Origin: an uncultured Actinomycetota bacterium
GTDB lineage: Bacteria; Actinomycetota; Acidimicrobiia; Acidimicrobiales; Bog-793
Length of the DNA: 64,000 nucleotides
Assembly (NCBI GenBank): GCA_963769255.1
Contig: CAVYKV010000003.1
Location: forward strand, 610,309-674,308
Reading direction: 5' to 3'
The notes below the pieces were generated by a model. It did not search any database. It was not told the DNA's origin and was given only the letters and a program-made list of their open reading frames with translations. A program made the position numbers and the translations under genes. This document shows, piece by piece, positions 56,040 through 64,000 of the stretch. How positions within the stretch are numbered: the stretch's first letter is position 1; each line of letters opens with the position of its first letter.

Positions 56040-57287
56040 TCAAGAGACGGCTCTCTCCTTCAGCAGAATGCTGAGCAGCCGCTCCTCGTGAACGATGCGA
56101 CGCTCGGCATCGAATGTCTCTTGCAGCGTGGGATCCCAGGGCGTCGGAGGCGAGCGGTATGGGTCGACCGGCAACGTCGCCCCAGCCTCGTCGGCGTCGC
56201 GCACAGCTCGCAAATAACACTCACTGTCCATCTTCCAAGGCGTGAGCCCCAGCCTGTGCATGCGTGCGCTAATCCTTATCCCGGCCGCGTCGAAGTCGCC
56301 GTGGTAGAGCAACTCCGCGCCACAACCGAGCAACTGATCCACCAACAAACGCGCGGCACCGGCAGGATTGCCATTGAGGCTCACAACGCCGCCGCGGTGC
56401 CCGGCGGCAGACGCCGCTTCGACGACACGCGGATTCTCCGTCACGAGCACGCGCACGCCACGCTCGACCACAACTGGAGCCTTGCGCAGCAACAGTTGTG
56501 AGAGGTGAAGCGGAGATCCGAGACTGGTCGCCTCGGAGACGAGACCAGACAACCGTGAGCGGGACGTTACTGGCAGCGCCCACGTCAACACCGGCGCCGA
56601 CACCAAATCCAGCTGAACGCCGGCCGCCTCCCAGGCGGCCCTTGCACCCGTCGACTCGCCCGACCGGTACTCGAGCGCCCGCGTAACTGCGACCTCGACC
56701 TCGGTTCCCCAGTCGAGCGCATGAGCCGAGCCGAGCACGTTCGCGGCGAGATCGACCCGGCTCAAACTGTCGGCGACGCCCGCGTTGGCGGCGATTGCGT
56801 CCAGGACGGATCGCCCGTCCGTAACAAGCCGTACAGCTCGCGAAAGCTCCATCCGAGCGAACACCCCGGAACGGATGAGCGAGTCGATCCACCCCCTCGC
56901 CCAGGGCTCCGGCCACGACGACACGATCTCGCGGATCGCTGCCCGAGTCTCCCGGCCGGCCTGTTGCAACTCCCGTCGGCGAGCTGGTTCATCGGACACC
57001 GGAAATCCAAGCGCCGCGAGAGCAGATGGCAGGCCATGGCCAACACCTAGAGCAACCAACCGCTCCTCTAGCTGACCCAAATCTATAGTCCGGGCCACAT
57101 GGCCATCCATCACACCGGCCACAAGAAAACGTCCCTGTGTCGTCAGCGGAGGCAAGTGCAACCTACCCCGGTTGTCGACGCCGGACCGCTCCAACCGATT
57201 CCGCACCGCCTCCCAAAAGACCGCAAGCGCCGGGTCGCGAAGCGACTTCCGCTCGGTCACAACCCCGAAGACCTCACCACAGCGCAC
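56040..57287 (-). CDS. jetD: Wadjet JetD-like protein (TIGR02679/DUF2399-type, Toprim-like C-terminal domain)
   Basis: LRDPALAVFWEAVRNRLERSG N-terminus, VLVTENPRVVEAA and LLYHGDFDAAGIRI in the C-terminal domain. The start is uncertain (GTG at 57287 or 57260; maximal ORF to 57347). Confidence 0.8.
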   Translation of the reverse strand: MRCGEVFGVVTERKSLRDPALAVFWEAVRNRLERSGVDNRGRLHLPPLTTQGRFLVAGVMDGHVARTIDLGQLEERLVALGVGHGLPSALAALGFPVSDEPARRRELQQAGRETRAAIREIVSSWPEPWARGWIDSLIRSGVFARMELSRAVRLVTDGRSVLDAIAANAGVADSLSRVDLAANVLGSAHALDWGTEVEVAVTRALEYRSGESTGARAAWEAAGVQLDLVSAPVLTWALPVTSRSRLSGLVSEATSLGSPLHLSQLLLRKAPVVVERGVRVLVTENPRVVEAASAAGHRGGVVSLNGNPAGAARLLVDQLLGCGAELLYHGDFDAAGIRISARMHRLGLTPWKMDSECYLRAVRDADEAGATLPVDPYRSPPTPWDPTLQETFDAERRIVHEERLLSILLKERAVS

Positions 57288-58368
57288 CTTGCGAAACGAC
57301 CGGGGCGAAGCGCCCAGCCCCGGCAAGAAGCCGCACAACTCCCCCATCGTCCCGCTCGGCGAGCCGCGCCTCGAAGAGGATGTCCACGGCCCGACGTGCT
57401 AACCGCTCCGGCGAGCCGACGAGTTCCCGCGACCAGTAGCGAGAGAACTTCTCCGCCAGGCGGGCGGTCTCCTCCACGATATCGGCCTCCGAGAACGAAG
57501 TGCGGTTGGAAAAGCGGAGTACCTCGACGAGGAGAAGCGCCGCGTGGCCCTCAGTGCCCGAGGAGGGGAACGGCCTGTAGCCGAGATCGCCGGCCGGGTC
57601 GATCGCCGCCACGCCTTCCGCTCGTGCTTCGATCACCAGCCCGAACATCTCGTCGAAGTACCGCACCTCCTCGCCTAGCCGGCGCCGGAGCTCGATCCAC
57701 TCCGCGTCGGTGACGTCCTCCTTGTAGAGGACGGGGTCTTCGGCTAGGCGAGCCCGCATCCACTGCCGGGTGTTCTCGCGGCGTTCCGCCCGCGAGACGA
57801 ACCCGTCGTCAACGGAGGAGATCGACTGTGCGAGGAGCGCGATCCGATCAGGCCGCATCTTCAACACAGCGTCCGCCGTCTCGTCGGCCGCGTAGGCGTC
57901 GACGTGCGAATGCATCTCGCTCGCCAGCCCGTGATGGATCATCCAGCGCAGGCAAGCAACGAGAGCTCGCCTCTCCGTACCGCCGAACTCGAGCGGCACA
58001 TCTACCTCCGCTGCGGCCGAACGTATCAAGTCGAGGAGATCGCGAAGGCTGATCACGGCCGGCCCGGCGACAGTGGCGGCAGTTGCCAAGATGAGCAGCA
58101 GGTATTCGAGGTGGCTCAAGGGACGGCCGTCCTTTGTCCGCAGCGGACGTCCGGTCGGCACGACCCCGCTCTTGAAAAGCCTGGCCGTGTCGGAGCTGAG
58201 GTGGAGACGGTAGCCAAGCCGCTGTGTGAACCAGCGGTCGAGCTCCGCCTCGTGCCGGCGGATGAGGCGGAATATGTCCTCGTCGTGCTCGCGGCACGTC
58301 AGGGGATTGGCAAGCAAGTGGCGCGCTGCCGCCTGCCGCTCTGCCGCAGCTTGCGGATATTCAGTCAC
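57274..58368 (-). CDS. jetB: Wadjet JetB-like protein (TIGR02678/DUF2398-type)
   Basis: AARHLLANPLTCREHDEDIFRLIRRHEAELDRWFTQRLGYRLHLSSDTARLFK matches my recollection of the family N-terminus. ATGA overlap with jetA. Confidence 0.8.
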   Translation of the reverse strand: MTEYPQAAAERQAAARHLLANPLTCREHDEDIFRLIRRHEAELDRWFTQRLGYRLHLSSDTARLFKSGVVPTGRPLRTKDGRPLSHLEYLLLILATAATVAGPAVISLRDLLDLIRSAAAEVDVPLEFGGTERRALVACLRWMIHHGLASEMHSHVDAYAADETADAVLKMRPDRIALLAQSISSVDDGFVSRAERRENTRQWMRARLAEDPVLYKEDVTDAEWIELRRRLGEEVRYFDEMFGLVIEARAEGVAAIDPAGDLGYRPFPSSGTEGHAALLLVEVLRFSNRTSFSEADIVEETARLAEKFSRYWSRELVGSPERLARRAVDILFEARLAERDDGGVVRLLAGAGRFAPVVSQGALW

Positions 58369-59913
58369 ACCGGCGCCAAATCAACGGACAGGCCCACGAA
58401 CACGAGGGTTCCCTCTACTGTTGCCAACCGGGTGCACGTTTCCGGAGCGCGCCTGACAGTGCAGATGACAGCTCCGTCGGCCACGCGGGCGGAGTTTCCT
58501 GCTGCCGGAACGGGCATCTGTGCCAACGCTCGCCCGACCAACGCCTCGACTCGAACCAGAGCCGCGGTCGACACCTCCCGGCCGTCGAGCGGTCCGCCGG
58601 AAAGCAACTCCGCGTCGACGCGGCGGACGGCTGCCAGTTGTTGGTCACGCTGTAGCCGCACGGAGACTTCGGCCGCCGTTCTGTCAGCAAGAGGGCTCGC
58701 CGAGCCCCGCGCCAGGGTGTCTCCTCTTTCCCTGAGAGAGAGCGGGACACGAGCACGCGGAGCGTCGAACCACGAAGTGCTCGTCGGTACGGGGTCGTCA
58801 GCGTCGTCGGGCACCGCCCCCCAGTGGTTCGACTCGTACAGGCCGAAGGCAACGTTGACGATCTTGATCGCGTCCGGTTGAGATGCGCCTGCCACCAGGC
58901 AGCGCTAGCGCGAGCAGATCACCCCGCTTGGAGGAGGCGCCGGTCCCGATCCGGTCGAGCCGCGTCAGGTTGAGCGTGAGGGTGCGGATGGCCGCCACGG
59001 CGTCGCGCCCTAGCTGCTCCAGGCGAGCCGGCTTGAGATCCTTCCCCAGAAACCACCCTCGCAAGTGCTCCCAATCCTCCACCACGGTGCCCGGGCTCCG
59101 TGTGACTACAACGGCCTCGGAAAGCCCCGCCTCCTCCACACGGGCGGCAAGGCCGCCCCGCGCTCGCTCGACGATCAAAGGGATGTGATCGGCAAGGCTG
59201 CGAAGAGTAGATGCGATGGGACGAGAAGCCGCTTCTATCTCTCCGAGCCGGTCGTCGACGTACCCCACGAGGACCTGCGCAAAGAAACTGAACTCCTCCG
59301 CCGTCAAGTCATACCTATTCGCCCACTGGTTGATAGACGCGAAGAACTGCGTTATCTCCGAGGTAAAGGCGATATGGGGATCGAAGACGGCGCGAACCAT
59401 GTCAGCGAACCCCTCTGGGTCGACAGTTGCCAGGTCGGCGTCGGCCAGCGCCCGTAAAGCGTCCAGCAGCGACCTAAGACGCCCTGTCGACACGTCGCGG
59501 ACCTCGTCCACCCGCGCGAGGATGCCCTCTACTGTGTCTTGCACCTCTTGACCGGCGCGGGTAATGAGGTAGCGACTGCGCCGCCGGTAATAGTCGCTCA
59601 GGCTCGAAGGGTTACCGGTCGTCGAGGAGACCGTGAGATTCCCCCAGCGCCGGAGAGACTCGAGGCGCTCGTGCACGACCCCGTCGGGGAAGTCGAGACC
59701 TTGGTCCTGGAGACGCAACTCGACGTCCTCAGCCGTGAACTCAGAGAAAAATGTCCCCGCGAATATCCCCATGATCTGGCGGTACGTCTGCCAGTCTTCG
59801 GCCGTGATGTACCTGAACAGGTTACGCGAGGTCTCAGGGTTGCTGGACCGGGCGGCGTTCGGCGGTGCGCTACCGGCCGCCGCCGTGCCTCGGTCCTCGC
59901 TGTCGCCAGTCAA
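58365..59913 (-). pseudogene. jetA: Wadjet JetA-like protein (TIGR02677/DUF2397-type), frame-disrupted at about 58896-58906
   Basis: NLFRYITAEDWQTYRQIMGIF...LESLRRWGNL...RRRSRYLITRAG is in one frame up to ...GDLLALAL. The continuation LVAGASQPDAIKIVNVAFGL... is in the +1 frame. The combined length of ~516 aa fits the family. The TTG start overlaps the jetC stop. Confidence 0.8.
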
Positions 59914-62900
59914 GGCAACTCCGTTCTAACTGCGCCGTCCCAGCGGCTGTGCTCGAGGACGATCACGCCCAGGCCAGCGTCGCGGATCACCTCGGTGATC
60001 GCAAGCTGCGGCACCGTGCTGTGCGTCCCCCACAGTCGTTCGCTCGTCGCGATGAAATCGAGATCGAGTTGCACGAGTAGGCCGAAGAGCTTGGCGTGAT
60101 TGTCCTCTGACACTTTCGCAAAGGCGTCGTCAAGCAACAAGAAGCGTGGAGCATCGGGCGCTCCCGCCTCGGCGAGCGAGTCACAGGAGGCAGCGACCGC
60201 CGAGAAGAGCGGTAGGTAACTGACGATCTTCTTCTCCCCTTCGGACAAGGGAGTCCGCCGGGTAAGGCGAGTATCGGATTGGCCAGGCCGGTGAAGGAAG
60301 ATCCGCATGTCGTACCAAGTCCGGTAGTCGAGTACCTTGCCGATCAGGTCACGATAGGGGGCTTCCGGATCCTCCAGCCGGGCCTGGTCGAGACGCCCGC
60401 TCAACAGTGACCGCAGCTCCGAGTCTTGGTCGGAGGTGCGTAGGTCGGGCGGGCGAGACAAGAGCTCGATCATCCGCGGCAAGCCCCCTTCGAGAGCTTC
60501 TCTCCTAACCCAACGAAGCGACACGCCGATCCCGTGTGAGGTGGTGATCGATTCGAGACGCTTGTTCATGCGGGAGACGAGGTCGGAGGCGGTGTGGAGT
60601 TTCTCGGCGATTTCCCGGGCGACGAGACCCTGTAGCAGGTTGCGCAGCGCTTCGTCCTGCTCGCTCGTCAGCAGAGCTGACAGCTCTTTGAGACGGCTGT
60701 TGACAGCCTTGATCGCCTCCGCCAACGGAAGTTTGCCGTGGGGTCCGGTGATCTCGATTGACAGCGGGAGGCCTTCGTCCCGCTGTCGATCTTCCGCGTC
60801 CCAGCCGGCGGCGAGAGAGTCCCTGCGCTGGCGAAGAGACTGTCGCACTCCGTCTGCTGTCGTGTCGGCGCGCGTCGGAGCAGGCACCGTCCGCTCGATC
60901 TCCGAGGCGAGGGCTTTCACGCCGGCGACCGACGCTTCTCGAGGTTGTCGGAGTGCTGCCGGATCTTCGGTCGCGGCGGCGAGCAACCCGGCGACGTCGA
61001 AAAGGCGGCGCACATCTGGCAGCACCTCGATGCAGTGCCGCTCGGCGTTCGACGATCTGGTCCGTGCAGCTTCGGCATTGCCAGCCGCCCGGACTTGAGC
61101 TGCGTTACACGCAAGCTCGTTCTCGTGAGCTGCTTCGAGGTCGTGACGCGTCCCCTTCAGTTCGGCCTCGCAACGGTCGATGGACGCGACTACGAGGTCG
61201 AACTCGCGCCCGATCGTCGCCTCGATCGTCTGGAGGCGGGTCGCAAGCTCCTGGTGCTCTTGGGTCGCTTCTGCAAGCCGGCGCTTGGTGGCAGCAACGG
61301 AGCGCGACACTTGCTCCCAGTTACTGGCAGCAAGGCGCCATGACTCGATGCTGCGCACCAGTGCCTTCAGCGACCCGTCGGCCTTTTGCGTAAGCCTGTC
61401 GACGGCTTCCAGCCGGTCCTCGACTCGCCGAAGCTCGTCCGCTATCGGGACGAGACCCAGGTTCGCGGCCGTTCTCGTCGCCTTGTCAACGGCCTCGGCG
61501 TGGATTTCCTCGGCAAGCTGAAGCGCCGCCCGGCGGCTCGCCAGCAACTCTTGGGTCGCGGCGAGATGATCCTCGGCCAGCCGAGCGGCGGCGATAGCCT
61601 CCCCGACTCGGAACGGCGAGGGGAGGTCCCGCCGCAAGGCCCGCGCAAGCTCCAGTTGTTGGCTAGCGAGCGCCAATTGCTGCTCCGTCCACGCGAGGAG
61701 CTCCGAGGCCTCGTCCAGTCGACCACGGGCCTCCAGCTGCTGGCGCGCGAGTGCCGCCCGGCGGGCCGCAACACCGACGAACTCCGCTTCTTGCTTGCGG
61801 TGCCGGCCGCTGAGGCCGCCAATCCGAAACCCACCGTCCACTCCCACGGCGCACCAACTCCCCGGCTCACCGTCTGTGTCTGTCGGGTTGACGGAGATGG
61901 AGTCGAGGAGTCTGGCCACGGACTTCACGATTCCGGAATCGTCATCGTCCTGCGTAGAGGGCACGACCATGGTGCTCAAGGGCTGATCTGTCGCAGCGCC
62001 GGCCGAGAGCAACAAGGTCCCGTCATCGAGGACAAGATCTCCCGCCACGTCGACTTCCGCTCCAAGCAAGCCAGCCGCCTCCATCGCAGCCTCGAGCCCA
62101 CGCCTTGCCTCCTGTGAGACGTCGTCACGGAAGTCGATCAGCTCGGCGAACACAGCCCGGCGTGACGACCGTTGCCACGCCTGAGCAGGAGGGTCGGGAA
62201 GCTTCAGCTCGTTGAGGCGATCGAGGGCGGTCCGGAACTCCGCAACCCGCGCAAGCTGTGTGTGGGATGTGACTTTGAGGTGGGAAGTGGTTTCTTGGGA
62301 TTTACCAACGAGGGCGTCTGCGGCTTCTGTCAGTACCGCTTGCACGTCCTCCCGCCTACCGGCGAGATCAACGTTGAGGTCCGGTAGCTCTGTGCCGTCG
62401 AGCCCGACCGCAATCCTGTGCTCGTCGAAACGCCCGCGCCACGAGGTCAGTTCCGACCGCCAGTCGATGACGGCATCGCCCAACACATTACGCCTGTCCA
62501 GTAGGGAGGTCTTGGCTGTAGTGACGTCAGTCTCAGCGTCGGCGCAGGCCTGGCTGGCTCGATCGAGATCCCGGCCCACCCGGTCGACGCCTTCGAGAGA
62601 CTTGCGGACTTCTAGTACGTCACCCTTCCGATGGGTGAGGGCGGCGCGGATGTCGACGAGGCGTACGGTGATGGCGTTCGACTCGGCCAGCGTGGCAACC
62701 CGCGGCGCTTCGAGAGCGCTGTCCGGGTCTATTGAGATGAGCTCGAACACAGGAATATCGGGCGCCGTCAGAGGAAGGCCAGCGTCGACCGCGAGCGCGG
62801 TCAAGTCCCTGAACTGTCCTGCCAGCGAGTCCCGATCTTGAGCCGCTCGCTTGGCCTCCGTCTCGACCGTGCGCGTGCAGCCGACGAGCTCTAGCCGGCG

Positions 62901-63945
62901 GCTCTCGGCGTCGTCGGTGGCACGCTTCAGGTCGCGCGCACGGTCGCGTACCTGGTCACGCAACGTCACCAGCTCCTTGCCGTCCGTGTAGGCAGGCGAT
63001 TCGCGGAGGGCCGCGAGCTCGGTGTCGAGGCTGCGTTCGCGGTGGCTCAGAATCCTTTACAAGAACGACGGCGGCGGCCATCGCTGTCTCGGCCTCCGCT
63101 GCAAGCCGCTCCGCGTCAATTGCCTCCCGCCTCGTCCTTTCTGCGGCTGAGACCCGATCGCGGGCATCTCCAGCCTTGCGGTGCAGCTCCGCACGGGCGT
63201 AGTTCGAGTAGACGACGCCCAGGGCTTCAAGCGTTGCGGCAGTTTGCTTGAGCTCGGCGACGGTCTTCCTGTGCTCTTCGAGGTCGTCGAGCGGTTGGGA
63301 GGCGTCATTCAGTGCCGTCTCCGACAACGGGGGTAGGGCGTCGTGCAGGTGTGCGGGCAGGTCGAGGTCGATCCGGTCGCCGACGCGGGGATTGCGCACG
63401 ATGTGGAGCAGGCGGATGTGCTGGTCTATGTCAGCACCGCCGAACAAGCGGCGCCGGACCTCGTCCCTGTAGGCCACCCGTTGGTCCTGCTTGTATACAG
63501 GATCGCTGCCAAGAACCGCTTTGAGTACGTCGTAGCTGAGTGGGCGGTTGTCCTCGACTAGCGAGAAGTCGATGCCGACGCGCTTGCTGGTGAGCCACCA
63601 CCAAGTCGTCACGGAGTCGCTGGCGCGATTCGCCTTGATCCCGGACCCGCACGTCAAGTGGCCTTCGCCGCTCTCGAACTCGATCCAGAGATAGCCGATC
63701 GGCTGGGGATCCTCCCTACCTGCGAGCATCCAGGACTTGAGGACTCCAGCCTGCTCGCCGGCGGCGTCGATCTTCCTGGCGTCGCCGTCCAACAAGTACG
63801 GCAGCAGCATGTTCATCGCAGTGGACTTGCCCGAGCCGTTGACGCCGCGGAGCAAGAGGCGGCCGCCAGCGAAGTGGATCGTCTCGTCGCCGTATTGGTA
63901 GACGTTGAGAATGCCGGCACGCTTGAGTGTCCAGCGCTCCGACAT
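59910..63945 (-). pseudogene. jetC: Wadjet JetC-like SMC-type ATPase (TIGR02680-type), frame-disrupted at about 63050-63058
   Basis: N-terminus MSERWTLKRAGILNVYQYGDETIHFAGGRLLLRGVNGSGKST (Walker A), a long E/R/A/L-rich coiled-coil-like middle, and a C-terminus LLLDDAFAKV (Walker B). The frame switches between ...AAAVVLVK and ILSHRERSLDTELAAL. The combined length is about 1345 aa. Confidence 0.85.
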
Positions 63946-64000
63946 GGTCAACAGACTACGTAATGGGTAAAGGGCGGCGGGCTGGTGTGCGTCGAAGCTA

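Noticed and set aside
46649-64000. Search for an integrase, excisionase, toxin-antitoxin pair or another defence system (RM, CBASS, retron, Abi) inside the putative island.
   Set aside because: No ORF shows tyrosine- or serine-recombinase, methyltransferase, reverse transcriptase, cyclase or nuclease motifs. Only the Wadjet-like cassette and an IS3-like stub were recognisable.

Overview
This window is high-GC DNA (about 70% by eye) with gene content typical of Actinomycetota. I see no rRNA gene, no intact tRNA gene and no CRISPR array.

Positions 1-46.6 kb look like core chromosome:
- The tail of a 2-oxoacid:ferredoxin oxidoreductase operon.
- A small lower-GC islet (2.0-3.8 kb) flanked by a repeated intergenic element.
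- A hydrolase/oxidoreductase block (7.3-13.5 kb).
- A 13-kb co-directional minus-strand cluster (13.5-26.5 kb) holding a Dpp/Opp-type peptide ABC transporter, an ABC-2 exporter pair and two of three CocE/NonD hydrolase paralogs.
- An IclR-controlled oxidoreductase operon (28.0-33.2 kb).
- Assorted stress and small-molecule genes (GNAT, DinB, VOC, MFS, MocR, GYD, ArsR-SRPBCC).
- Two large secreted repeat proteins.

From 46.6 kb to the window end the GC is visibly lower and patchier. This part is punctuated by two 47-nt direct repeats that are the 3' part of a tRNA-Ala(CGC)-like gene. I read it as a composite tRNA-associated island. Its outer segment carries a type II Wadjet-like SMC defence cassette (jetC-jetA-jetB-jetD order).

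At least nine genes are interrupted by single-nucleotide frame changes, and eight of them are repaired by deleting one base. This may be assembly indel noise rather than biology. It must be settled with reads before any gene here, including the Wadjet genes, is called dead.

All functional calls come from reading the translated ORFs for motifs. No database search was run.
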